Of a stretch of 41,683 nt of DNA, positions 17,091-26,237 are shown in pieces. The notes below the pieces were generated by a model. The model was given only the letters and a program-made list of their open reading frames with translations, was not told the origin of the DNA and did no database searches. Source of the DNA: a virus (taxonomy: Duplodnaviria > Caudoviricetes); the IMG/VR virus record IMGVR_UViG_3300043414_001022, positions 1-41,683 of that record; one strand, given 5' to 3'. A program made the translations under genes and the position numbers. How positions within the stretch are numbered: position 1 is the stretch's first letter; each line of letters begins with the position of its first letter.

Positions 17091-17356
17091 TGTCGCAGGT
17101 CTTCTTCAATCCCTTTTCCGGGGCAGCGCAAAATATTGCGCTCCCGCAGCTCGACTCCTCGGGCCAGATCTCCAGCGCGATGATCCCTGACGATTTTGAC
17201 GATGTGCAGCGCTTCGAGTCCGTCGCCGCATTCCCGCCCGAAGGCGTCGTAGCCCGCATCTATTTTCCCGCAGATACCAACATCCCGCACCGTTGGGATC
17301 CGCCCACACTTTCCTACACGCCCATCGTCTCGGACACCGACGGCGGTGAGTTTTAG
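17090..17356 (+). CDS. Small tail-associated protein
   Basis: PQLDSSGQISSAMIP, FPPEGVVARIY; ends in DGGEF. Confidence 0.65.
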   Translation: MSQVFFNPFSGAAQNIALPQLDSSGQISSAMIPDDFDDVQRFESVAAFPPEGVVARIYFPADTNIPHRWDPPTLSYTPIVSDTDGGEF

Positions 17357-17400
17357 GACTAACCCCCGCAGTAACAACCCCACCAGAAAGACCCCATAAC

Positions 17401-18171
17401 ATGCCCAGCACAATTCGCATCAAACGCCGCTTGACCGGTGCAGCCGGAGCTCCGGTCCTGCTCTCAGGCGAGCAAGCTTTCAACAAAGTCGACGGTATCC
17501 TCTACATCGGCGACGGCTCCCAGAGCCTGCCAATCGGCGGTGCTCACTACGCCACCGCAGCAGCTCTCGCCACCGAGACCAGCAATCGCACATCAGCCGT
17601 TTCGGCAGAAGCCAGCCGCGCCACCGCAGCGGAATCCGCCCTCGGAACTCGGATCGACAATGTGTTGAGCAATGTCACCCCTGGTTCGCTTGATTCGCTA
17701 ACGGAGGTTGTCACGAATTTCCAGGCGGCAGACTCAAACCTCAACGGTGCCATCACCAGCCTCGCCTCCAGCGCCTCCTCCGCCCTCACAGCGGAAGTGA
17801 ACCGCGCCACGGCAGCCGAAGGCGTCATCGCCGCAAATCTCGCTACTGAGATCAGCGACCGCGCCGCTGCCATCACGACCGTCCAAGGAAATATCAACAC
17901 CGTTGCCGCGAATCTCGCCACCGAGACTTCCGCTCGCACCAGTGCTGATTCCACCCTCCAGTCGAACATCACCTCCGAAGCCAGCACCCGTGCGGCAGCG
18001 GACACCACCCTTCAGTCGAACATCACAGCAGAAGCCAGCACACGCGCTTCGGCAGTGACAACGCTCCAGGGCAACATCGACTCCGAGGCCAGCACACGCG
18101 CTTCGGCAGACTCAGCTCTCGACTCACGCCTCGACGCCCTCGAAGCCGAGATTGACGGCGGAACTTTCTAA
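17401..18171 (+). CDS. Coiled-coil tail fibre-like protein
   Basis: IRIKR...GEQAFN...LYIGDG N-terminus, LDSLTEV, 18-aa EASTRAAADTTLQSNITA repeats; ends in DGGTF. Confidence 0.75.
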   Translation: MPSTIRIKRRLTGAAGAPVLLSGEQAFNKVDGILYIGDGSQSLPIGGAHYATAAALATETSNRTSAVSAEASRATAAESALGTRIDNVLSNVTPGSLDSLTEVVTNFQAADSNLNGAITSLASSASSALTAEVNRATAAEGVIAANLATEISDRAAAITTVQGNINTVAANLATETSARTSADSTLQSNITSEASTRAAADTTLQSNITAEASTRASAVTTLQGNIDSEASTRASADSALDSRLDALEAEIDGGTF

Positions 18172-18188
18172 AGTTCTCCCTCCCCCCA

Positions 18189-18218
18189 GCGGTGGCGCGG
18201 TTCATCCCGCGCCATCGC
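18189..18218 (+). terminator. GC-rich hairpin
   Basis: GCGGTGGCGCGG-TTCATC-CCGCGCCATCGC; no + strand U-tract, so it may be a processing or stability stem. Confidence 0.45.
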
Positions 18219-18227
18219 TCCACGGGA

Positions 18228-18262
18228 AAAACTGAAAACTTCAAACTCACTACTGAAAACTT
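18228..18262 (+). repeat. Five degenerate heptamers (AAAACTK-like) directly before ATG 18266
   Basis: aaaactg aaaactt caaactc actactg aaaactt. Confidence 0.7.
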
Positions 18263-18265
18263 AAA

Positions 18266-18628
18266 ATGGCCATCCAGCTATTGCGAACCACGGTCTCCGG
18301 CCGAGTCCCCACCGCCGCCCAAGTGGCCCAAGGCTCCCTCGCCCTCAACCTCGCCGACCGCCGCCTTTTCAGCAAAGACCACAACAACGAAGTCTTCCGC
18401 ATCGCCCGCCCCCGCGAACCCTCCGACTACCAGATCCTCCACCATGTGGACGGCACCACCTCCTATCTCGGCCGCCTCGCCTGGTCGGACTACCCCGCCA
18501 CCGGCCCCGCCGAGGACGCCGCAGAGTGGACCATCTATCGCATCACGACTGACAGCTCCGGCAATGTTGTCGCGGAGCAATCGGCCACCGGCGCGTGGTC
18601 GAACAAAGAATCTCTCACCTACTCATAA
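18266..18628 (+). CDS. Small tail-fibre-associated protein
   Basis: IQLLRTTVSGRVPT...GSLALNLADRRLFSKD N-terminus as seen in fibre anchor domains. Confidence 0.7.
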   Translation: MAIQLLRTTVSGRVPTAAQVAQGSLALNLADRRLFSKDHNNEVFRIARPREPSDYQILHHVDGTTSYLGRLAWSDYPATGPAEDAAEWTIYRITTDSSGNVVAEQSATGAWSNKESLTYS

Positions 18629-18630
18629 AA

Positions 18631-18915
18631 ATGAAATCCACCAACCCCATCGAAATCAACGGCAAAGAATACGACCGTTACTCGCTCAACCTCGCCATCA
18701 ACGGCAAATACAACGCCGACGGCACGCCGGATGCGTCCATCGCCGCCCGTTTCATACCAACGCGACTGGTCGAGGACGGCGAGCCAGAGCAGGCGCAAGA
18801 GCAGTCGGTGAACATCGCCCTCGGTAGCCTCTCCGGCTCCGACGAGCCAACCCTCACCGCCGTCGCTGAAATCAGCGCGGCCCTTCAAAAAATCATCCTC
18901 TCGAAAGGACTCTAA
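18631..18915 (+). CDS. Hypothetical protein
   Basis: Tiles the operon with 2-bp gaps. Confidence 0.7.
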   Translation: MKSTNPIEINGKEYDRYSLNLAINGKYNADGTPDASIAARFIPTRLVEDGEPEQAQEQSVNIALGSLSGSDEPTLTAVAEISAALQKIILSKGL

Positions 18916-18917
18916 TC

Positions 18918-20897
18918 ATGGCTAACTATCGCGCAATCGCAAACGGAAACTGGAGTGCAGGAGCAACATGGGCAGGAGGCGCAGTGCCTCCAAATGGTGA
19001 AGGGCATAATGTTTACTCCAACAATTTCACGGTCACCATCGACCAAAATGTCAATGTGGCGTTTATCACAAATGCCGCCATCACAGCTTCGTTTGTTGGA
19101 GGAGGAACATCTGCAACAATGGGCGGATATTTTGAACTTGCGAATGGCGTAACACTTACTGGAAATATTGTTAGAGGCAACAGCAGCGCTGGTAATGCAT
19201 ACACATTGCTATTATCAGGAACTAATTCAGCCAATGTAGTTGGAAATATTTTATCTCAAGCCGGCTTAGGTAGTGGTGGCGGAACTGCTAATTGTTTTCT
19301 AATAAATAGCTCTGGAACAATCAATATTACCGGAAATGTAACGGGAGGAGATAATGCTCAAGCCGCTGGCATTTACACAACATCATCAGCCACAATTAAC
19401 ATAATTGGAAATGTAACAGCGGGTAATGGAGGCAATAGTTCTAACGCATTCTCTCGGGGCATTCAATCAACGGGTTTAGCCAGCATAAATGTGACAGGAA
19501 GTGTCTCTGGAGGAGGACCAACAACTACAGCACAAATTGGACTACAACATGGAAATGGGAATTTGAGCATTGTTGGAACAATCACTGCTGGATCGACCGT
19601 AGGTTCATTTGGAGTCTCTACAGGAAGTGGAACCATTTTAATTGTTGGAGACATTTTTGCATCTAATTCAGCCAATGGAGTTAGCGCTATCGGCAATTCA
19701 AACACTGTTTTTTCGGGAAGTTTTATTTCATCGTCCAATGGCACGACTGCAATCTATTGCCCTCAATATCGAGTGTCTCCTTCCCCGTTAAACGCTCGCA
19801 CACGATATGCCGCTAACGGCAGCGGAACTTATGTGGACATGTTCACCGCTGACAACGCCCTCGGCCAAGCCAGCCCAACGGATGTCCGAAGCGGCGTGAG
19901 CTACGCCAGCGGCAACCTCACTGGGCGCCTCACCGTCCCCGCTCGCGGCTCGGTCTCGCTCTCGGTGAACTACGGCCCTTCGATGCCATTCACAGCCACG
20001 CGATCCGGCACGACCGCCACAGCCACGCTGGCCTACAGCTATCCGCTCGTAGTCGGCGACCAGATCACCGTGACAGGCGCATCGAACTCCGAATGGAATA
20101 GCACCTATACCATCGCTTCGGTCGTGTCTGGCACATCGGTCACATTCACCATTCCTAACACCCACAGCGCCACCGCAGGCACAGGCGCGACGATGCAGAC
20201 CACAGGAACCGCCGTTCTCGATCCCGCCGCAGTGGCAACAGCAGTTTGGGGCGCGGCAACGCGCACCATCACAGGCGGCGTGGTTGATACCTTGACCAAC
20301 GCACCAAGCGTGCCATCAGCCGCTACCATTGCCAGCCAAGTGAGAACCGAACTCGGCACAGAGCTGGGCCGCATCGACGCCACCATTTCCAGCCGCCTCG
20401 CTGCCAGCGCCTACACAGCGCCGAGCGCTGCGCCGACCGCAGCACAGAACGCGACGGCCGTCCGCGCAGAACTTGGCACAGAGCTTGGTCGAATTGACGC
20501 AACTATTTCCAGCCGCCTCTCGCCGTCTGGCACGCTGGCCACAGTGACCACACTGACCAACGCGCCAACCGTGCCGACAGCCGCAGCCATAGCCAGCCAA
20601 GTTCGCACAGAATTGGCAACAGAGCTTGCAAGGGTGGATGTGGCAACAAGCACCCGGCTCGCAGGTAGCGCTTATACCGCTCCAGCTTCAGCCCCCACTG
20701 CCGCGCAGAATGCAAGCGCTGTCCGCACGGAGCTTGCCGCCGAACTCGCCCGCGTGGATGCCGCAGTCAGCACTCGCGCTACTCAGGCAAACATCGACGC
20801 TATCAAAGCAAAGACGGATCTGCTCAACACCGACCGCCTTGCGCAGGTTTCTACCGTCAGCACTACCGGAGCGCAGCTTGCCGCCGCCTTGAGCTAA
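18918..20897 (+). CDS. Tail fibre / receptor-binding protein
   Basis: NGNWSAGATWAGGAVP start, G/N/T-rich beta-helix-like repeats (INITGNVTGG), duplicated C-terminal VRTELGTELGRIDA blocks. Confidence 0.75.
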   Translation: MANYRAIANGNWSAGATWAGGAVPPNGEGHNVYSNNFTVTIDQNVNVAFITNAAITASFVGGGTSATMGGYFELANGVTLTGNIVRGNSSAGNAYTLLLSGTNSANVVGNILSQAGLGSGGGTANCFLINSSGTINITGNVTGGDNAQAAGIYTTSSATINIIGNVTAGNGGNSSNAFSRGIQSTGLASINVTGSVSGGGPTTTAQIGLQHGNGNLSIVGTITAGSTVGSFGVSTGSGTILIVGDIFASNSANGVSAIGNSNTVFSGSFISSSNGTTAIYCPQYRVSPSPLNARTRYAANGSGTYVDMFTADNALGQASPTDVRSGVSYASGNLTGRLTVPARGSVSLSVNYGPSMPFTATRSGTTATATLAYSYPLVVGDQITVTGASNSEWNSTYTIASVVSGTSVTFTIPNTHSATAGTGATMQTTGTAVLDPAAVATAVWGAATRTITGGVVDTLTNAPSVPSAATIASQVRTELGTELGRIDATISSRLAASAYTAPSAAPTAAQNATAVRAELGTELGRIDATISSRLSPSGTLATVTTLTNAPTVPTAAAIASQVRTELATELARVDVATSTRLAGSAYTAPASAPTAAQNASAVRTELAAELARVDAAVSTRATQANIDAIKAKTDLLNTDRLAQVSTVSTTGAQLAAALS

Positions 20898-20899
20898 CA

Positions 20900-21079
20900 A
20901 TGGACACGCACCAAGCCGCCGCATCCTTCACCGGCCTCGTCGCTACGGCGACGGGGCTCACGGTCTCCATGCTCCCAGAGCTGGAGGCGTGGTTGCGTGT
21001 GGCGTCGCTGGTCATCGGCTGCGCGGTCGGCCTCGCCTCCCTCTACGCCATACTCCGCAATAGAAAAGACCCCCAATGA
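20900..21079 (+). CDS. 59-aa membrane protein (holin/antiholin-like)
   Basis: MDTHQAAASFTGLVATATGLTVSMLPELEAWLRVASLVIGCAVGLASLYAILRNRKDPQ; two hydrophobic segments. Confidence 0.65.
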   Translation: MDTHQAAASFTGLVATATGLTVSMLPELEAWLRVASLVIGCAVGLASLYAILRNRKDPQ

Positions 21080-21085
21080 TCCCCT

Positions 21086-21250
21086 ATGAATAACATCCTC
21101 GCCCGTCTCAAAGAACCCTCCACATTTCGTGGCCTCGCCATCCTCGCCGGTCTCGGCGGCATCGCCATAGACCCCGCCCAGGTCAACGCCATTGCCACTG
21201 CCGTTGCCGCCGTCCTCGGCCTCATCGAGGTATTCCGCAAAGAGAAATGA
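21086..21250 (+). CDS. 54-aa holin-like protein
   Basis: MNNILARLKEPSTFRGLAILAGLGGIAIDPAQVNAIATAVAAVLGLIEVFRKEK; two TM segments, basic tail. Confidence 0.7.
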   Translation: MNNILARLKEPSTFRGLAILAGLGGIAIDPAQVNAIATAVAAVLGLIEVFRKEK

Positions 21251-21414
21251 TCCCCCCCGCCCAGATCGTCACCGGCCTCATCGCCACCGCTTTTGCCGTA
21301 GGAGCCCTCCTGCTCCTCGGTGGGTGCAGCACGCTGGGCATCTCGCTCCAGACGGACTATGGGCAATTTTCCTACACGTTGCCTGAGCTTCCTAAGCCGA
21401 CTTCCAGCAAATGA
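21247..21414 (+). CDS. 55-aa lipoprotein (spanin-like position)
   Basis: Hydrophobic signal with lipobox LLGG-C; ATGA overlap with the holin-like gene. Confidence 0.6.
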   Translation: MIPPAQIVTGLIATAFAVGALLLLGGCSTLGISLQTDYGQFSYTLPELPKPTSSK

Positions 21415-21436
21415 CCCATAAATTTTAATCCTCCCG

Positions 21437-21982
21437 ATGCTCCCCCCGAGCCGCCCACAGCAAGCGAAGTCCAAGACGCAAGCCCTGCTCACCAAGGCCC
21501 GCGTGGATGATGCCGTGGCGCTTGTGGGCATTCGTGGCTACTACCGCGACAGCATGGGCGAAATCGGCGAGAACGACCGCGGCATCTACGACGACGCCAT
21601 TTTCCTCGTCTCGCCAAACGCCTACGCCACCTTCAACGCCAACACCGACCCTTCGATTCGCCGCCAAGGCATCGCCGTGCTCAAGCCCGGCGTGCACCGC
21701 TACCGCAAAGGCAAACACGGCCTCAGTAAGCCTGGCGGCGGCTATCCTGCTCTGCGCCCTGCAAACCCCGCCGAGGCGCTACCTGTGACCCGCGACGGCG
21801 AAGGCGATAGCATGGGCATCGCCATCAACATCCACAAAGGCGGCTATCGCACCACCAGCAGCGAAGGCTGCCAGACCATTTACCCCAGCCAGTGGGAGTC
21901 TTTCATTTCCCTGGTCTATTCCGAAATGGACCGCGTCGGTCAGAAGACAATTCCCTACCTACTCATGGAGGAAGAAGCATGA
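21437..21982 (+). CDS. Putative endolysin, Cys/His (YkuD L,D-transpeptidase-like) peptidase
   Basis: LVGIRGY...YDD, INIHKGG...TSSEGCQ; located in the lysis cassette. Confidence 0.65.
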   Translation: MLPPSRPQQAKSKTQALLTKARVDDAVALVGIRGYYRDSMGEIGENDRGIYDDAIFLVSPNAYATFNANTDPSIRRQGIAVLKPGVHRYRKGKHGLSKPGGGYPALRPANPAEALPVTRDGEGDSMGIAINIHKGGYRTTSSEGCQTIYPSQWESFISLVYSEMDRVGQKTIPYLLMEEEA

Positions 21983-22986
21983 AAACATCCTGGTCATCAC
22001 TCGCCCGCGAGCAAGCCGACAAGGCCCACAAGACAGAAGTGGACGCGCTCAAAGCCAAGCTCGCCCAATACGCCGCCAGCGCCGCCAACCTCGAGAAGCA
22101 ACTCGGCATCGCTCTCAGCCTCGGTAAGACGCGTATCCGCCCGCAGCCGCTCTCGGTCAACATGAACGACAAAGCCGAAGCCGTGGCCATCGCCATGGCC
22201 AGCGATTGGCATGTGGAGGAAACCGTCGAAGCCGCCAGCGTCAATGGGCTCAACGAATACCGCCTCCCAATCGCCAAGACGCGCATCGAGAAATTTTTCT
22301 CGACCATCGCCCGCCTCACCGAGATCGAGCGCCACGGTGCAAAGATTGACGACCTTATCCTTTGGCTAGGAGGCGACCTGATGACCGGGCTGATTCACGA
22401 AGAACTCGCCGAGTCGAACAGCAAGACGCCAACGCAAGTCATCCTCTGGCTCCAAGATCGCCTCGCAGACGGCCTCGCCACTCTCAAGCCGCATTTCAAA
22501 CGCATCATCATCCCGACCAGCTACGGCAACCACGGCCGCACGACGATCAAAACCCGCCACGCCACAGGTGCGGCGCACAGCTACGAGTGGCTCCTCTACA
22601 AAATCCTTGAAGGCCGCTTTGCCAATGACCAGCAGATCGAGTGGCAGATTGCCGACAGCTACTTCAATTTCATGACGGTCTTCGACCGCCGCCTGCGCTT
22701 TCACCATGGTGACTCGCTGAAGTTTCAAGGCGGAATCGGTGGGTTGTCCATTCCCGTAGAAAAATCCATCGCCTCATGGAACAAGTCGCCGAACCGAGCC
22801 GACCTTGATCTCTTCGGGCACTGGCACCAATACCAGCAAAACCGCCACTGGCTCTGCAACGGCAGCCTCATCGGCTACAACGCTTACGCCCTCTCCATCA
22901 AAGCCTCCTTCGAGCCGCCGACGCAGACCTATTTCCTCCTCGATAAGAAACGCGGACGCACCATGACCTCCCCCATCTACCTATGA
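21979..22986 (+). CDS. Calcineurin-like metallophosphoesterase
   Basis: SDWH, GGDL, GNHG, HHGD, GHWH motifs. Confidence 0.9.
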   Translation: MKTSWSSLAREQADKAHKTEVDALKAKLAQYAASAANLEKQLGIALSLGKTRIRPQPLSVNMNDKAEAVAIAMASDWHVEETVEAASVNGLNEYRLPIAKTRIEKFFSTIARLTEIERHGAKIDDLILWLGGDLMTGLIHEELAESNSKTPTQVILWLQDRLADGLATLKPHFKRIIIPTSYGNHGRTTIKTRHATGAAHSYEWLLYKILEGRFANDQQIEWQIADSYFNFMTVFDRRLRFHHGDSLKFQGGIGGLSIPVEKSIASWNKSPNRADLDLFGHWHQYQQNRHWLCNGSLIGYNAYALSIKASFEPPTQTYFLLDKKRGRTMTSPIYL

Positions 22987-23408
22987 GCACCTGGAAATCC
23001 CTCGCCAAGCGCACCAATAGCCTGCCCGAAGGCTGGAGCACAGCCGACGACATCGCCTCCGACCTCGACTGCGAGCCAAGCGAAGTGCCCAAAATCCTCG
23101 CCGCCTCCATCCGCGATGGCCAAGTCGAAAAACAAAACTTCCCGTGCTGGACCCCTGGCAGCCGCCAGCTCCTCTACCAGACCGGCTACCGCCAGAAGAC
23201 CGGCAAAGTTATGTCGGAAAAAAGCGCACAAGTTTCTGACAAAACCCCGCCCGGCATCCCCGCCGACCTCCTATCCAAGGTCCGCCAAAAAATCGCCCAG
23301 CACCCGCACAAAACCGCCAGCGCGATCAAGGATCTCTTCAGCACAAGCAATCGCACCCGCCTCTCCACCCCCGCCATCCGAGCCCTACTTGACAAGGCAT
23401 CCCTATAA
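22983..23408 (+). CDS. Hypothetical, possible winged-HTH protein
   Basis: PEGWSTADDIASDLDCEPSEVPKIL; ATGA-coupled to the phosphoesterase. Confidence 0.6.
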   Translation: MSTWKSLAKRTNSLPEGWSTADDIASDLDCEPSEVPKILAASIRDGQVEKQNFPCWTPGSRQLLYQTGYRQKTGKVMSEKSAQVSDKTPPGIPADLLSKVRQKIAQHPHKTASAIKDLFSTSNRTRLSTPAIRALLDKASL

Positions 23409-23409
23409 T
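23389..23409 (+). promoter_or_regulatory. TTGACA-N9-TATAAT motif
   Basis: 8 nt before ATG 23418. Confidence 0.55.
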
Positions 23410-23417
23410 AAAAGGAG

Positions 23418-25502
23418 ATGCCAGACGACCAGACCATCACAGAAGGCGACGCCGGATTCCTCGGCATGGCCTCGCGTCTTAATCCGCTCCAGCTCCAGCC
23501 GGGCATGGTCCAGTATGTCGAAAATATGCGACTCGACCGAGGCGTGGCGCAGACTCGCAAGGGTGCGAAGCGGTTGGCGGAGTCCATCGGCAACATCGAC
23601 GACCCGATCACGGTGCCGTTCCAACTCGCGCCGGACAAATCTATTTCCTCCATCGCTCGCGGCGGCACAAGCAACCTCACCGCCACAGCCACTCTCACAG
23701 CGCATGGCTATGCGACCGGCGACTATGTGAACATTCGCGGAGCCGCTCAATCGCAATACAACGGGAATTTCTACATCACGGTGAGCGGAGCAAATGCAGC
23801 AAATACCTTTACCTACACAATGACTGCGGACCCCGGCGCATCGGCCAGCGGCACGCTCCTCGCCAATCGCGGGCCTGTCATTCAAAACACCTACACCGGC
23901 GGCATCATAGGCGCTGGCATCTACAGCTCCCCACGCTTGGACGACAGCAACGAATACATCGTCCTCGCCGGTCCCAACGCCTGCTACCTCTGGCGCGACG
24001 GCGCAAGCCTGCAAACTATTTCCTATCCCACCACCGATACCATTGTGGCAGGGGACGACATCGAGATCATCCAAGCCTTCGACAAACTCTACCTCCTGCG
24101 CACGCGGGAGGAGTCGCTCATCCGCATTTCCAGCCTCACGCAGACAAGCGGCACAGCCACGGCCATCACTATTGGCACGCACCCCTACCAAGTCGGCGAG
24201 GTGGTGCGAATCAGCGGAGCGGTAAATGCTGGCTACTTGGCGGATTTTGAAGTGACCAGCCGCAGTTCGACGCAATTTTCCTTCACCGTGCCGTCGTCCA
24301 CTGCTGCATCTGACACTGGGCAAATCATCTCCCAGCGCGTGCAGGCCGCCCTAGTGTGGGATGGTGACCTGGCTAATGATTTTGTGCGAGTGGCCCAAGG
24401 CTCGCATCCGCTGGGCGTCACCTACTCGCGCTTGCCATCTACCAGCACGGCGACCTATCTCAATAACACGCTCATCATCGCCCGAAACCGCGACGAACTG
24501 CTCATCTCGGATGTCTTCGACGCCGAGACCTACGATCCTGTTTCCAAATCATTCCGAGCCAATGCGGGGTCGAACGACTACATTGTGGCTCTGCACCCCT
24601 ACGCCGAGGGCCAAGTGCTCGTCTTCTGCCGCAAATCCATCTGGCTCGCCACGCCTGTCTTCGCGCCGGATGGAGTGACCCTTGACGCTGGAGCTTCCAG
24701 CCTGCAACTCCTCACCAATGAGGTCGGCTGCTCCGCACGCCGCAGCATCGCCACCGCAGGCGTGTATGTGTTTTTTCTCAGCGATAACGGCGTTTACCGG
24801 CTGGACAACCAATTCGACCTTAAATTGCGCGGATCCACGCAGACACTCTCGGACCCTATCGCCGACCTCGTAGGCGGCATCAATGCCACGGCAGCTTATT
24901 TGAGCAACGGCATCTACCACGGCAACCGCTACTACCTCGCCCTCCCGCTTGGCACCAGCACACAGCCGAACAGCCTTTTTGCCTACAACATGCTCAACCA
25001 GCAGTGGGAGACGCGCGACACCTACGGCTTCGCCATCGACCGCCTACTGGTGAGCGACTACGGCACCGAGCGCCGACTCTTCGCTGCCACCGCCACCGGC
25101 AAGCTCTTCCTCCTCGACGAGCAAGAAACCGGAGCGGATGACACCGCCTCCGGCCTCGGCACAAGCAATGTGGCTGGCCTCCTGCTCACCCGACGATATG
25201 GTTTCGACGGCCTCAATACCAAGCGCCTCCTGCGATCGAAAGCCAGCGTCGTGCTGGGAGACGGTGCCGCCTGCACGCTCGATGCCGTGACGACCGACTA
25301 CGACAACGACTTCCAGATCGCCGCCCTCACCAACACCACCGGCACCACCGAGGACTACACCATCAAAGCCCCGCTGCGCGTCAAAGCGACCGCGCTGGAC
25401 CTTCGCTTCCGCACCCAGTCAGGCCGACCCATCCTCCGCACCATCACCGCCGAAGCCGCCCGCTCTGGCATGTCTCCCCAAGAAACCCGAACTCTCAATT
25501 AA
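23418..25502 (+). CDS. Tail nozzle / tail tubular B-like protein
   Basis: GFLGMASRLNP...ENMRLDRG, VGCSARRSI, VFFLSDNGVYRL, LSDPI, YNMLNQQW beta-propeller-type motifs. Confidence 0.75.
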   Translation: MPDDQTITEGDAGFLGMASRLNPLQLQPGMVQYVENMRLDRGVAQTRKGAKRLAESIGNIDDPITVPFQLAPDKSISSIARGGTSNLTATATLTAHGYATGDYVNIRGAAQSQYNGNFYITVSGANAANTFTYTMTADPGASASGTLLANRGPVIQNTYTGGIIGAGIYSSPRLDDSNEYIVLAGPNACYLWRDGASLQTISYPTTDTIVAGDDIEIIQAFDKLYLLRTREESLIRISSLTQTSGTATAITIGTHPYQVGEVVRISGAVNAGYLADFEVTSRSSTQFSFTVPSSTAASDTGQIISQRVQAALVWDGDLANDFVRVAQGSHPLGVTYSRLPSTSTATYLNNTLIIARNRDELLISDVFDAETYDPVSKSFRANAGSNDYIVALHPYAEGQVLVFCRKSIWLATPVFAPDGVTLDAGASSLQLLTNEVGCSARRSIATAGVYVFFLSDNGVYRLDNQFDLKLRGSTQTLSDPIADLVGGINATAAYLSNGIYHGNRYYLALPLGTSTQPNSLFAYNMLNQQWETRDTYGFAIDRLLVSDYGTERRLFAATATGKLFLLDEQETGADDTASGLGTSNVAGLLLTRRYGFDGLNTKRLLRSKASVVLGDGAACTLDAVTTDYDNDFQIAALTNTTGTTEDYTIKAPLRVKATALDLRFRTQSGRPILRTITAEAARSGMSPQETRTLN

Positions 25503-25505
25503 CCA

Positions 25506-26237
25506 ATGGCAACCGTCACCCCAGGGAAAACTTTTACCTCCAACGAAATCGTCACACCGGCAAACCTCAACCTACTTGGGACGCCGACGGTAGTGCTGGC
25601 GAACAATGAAGTGACGACCGCGAAAATTGCTGATGCAAATGTGACGACCGCGAAGATTGCTGACGCCGCTGTGACTACGGCGAAAATTGTAGATGCCAAT
25701 GTGACGACCGCGAAGATTGCAGATGCAAATGTAACTACAACGAAGTTGGCTGCCTTAACCCAGCAGGCGCTCCTCCCCGCTGGTGCTATCATGCCATTTG
25801 CCAGGGCGACTGCGCCTTCCGGTTGGTTGATTGCTGATGGTAGTGTTGTGCCCAACGGCAGCGGCACGGTGCAAGGTGTGACCGCAGATTTCACAACGCT
25901 CTACGCGGCAGTAGGCACTAACTTTGGCGCAGCCGGAACGCTCCCCGATCTACGCGGCATCTTTGTGCGTGGCAGCGGGTCGCAGACGATTAGTGGAATT
26001 GCTTACACCAAGACGTTTGCAGCAAAAGAGGGTGATGCGTTCCAAGATCACACTCACCGAGCCAATGCGGGAACTGGAGGTGCTGGCGCATCTACTAATG
26101 GGGCGTATGGAAAGGGATTGGATTCTTTGGACCCAGACTCTGTTATGATCAAAGCAGCAAGTGGAATAGCAGGGCAAAGAACAGCAACCGAAACCCGTCC
26201 CGCCAACATCGCGCTCCTCTATTGCATCAAAATCTAA
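25506..26237 (+). CDS. Short tail fibre with phage tail-collar domain
   Basis: VTTAKIADAN-type repeat x5; PAGAIMPFA...APSGWLIADG, LPDLRGIFVRG, ETRPANIALLYCIK. Confidence 0.85.
   Translation: MATVTPGKTFTSNEIVTPANLNLLGTPTVVLANNEVTTAKIADANVTTAKIADAAVTTAKIVDANVTTAKIADANVTTTKLAALTQQALLPAGAIMPFARATAPSGWLIADGSVVPNGSGTVQGVTADFTTLYAAVGTNFGAAGTLPDLRGIFVRGSGSQTISGIAYTKTFAAKEGDAFQDHTHRANAGTGGAGASTNGAYGKGLDSLDPDSVMIKAASGIAGQRTATETRPANIALLYCIKI

Noticed and set aside
17401-26237. Diversity-generating retroelement or invertible tail-fibre cassette
   Set aside because: No reverse transcriptase or invertase recognised and no adenine-specific TR/VR pair seen; the repeats are in-frame protein repeats.
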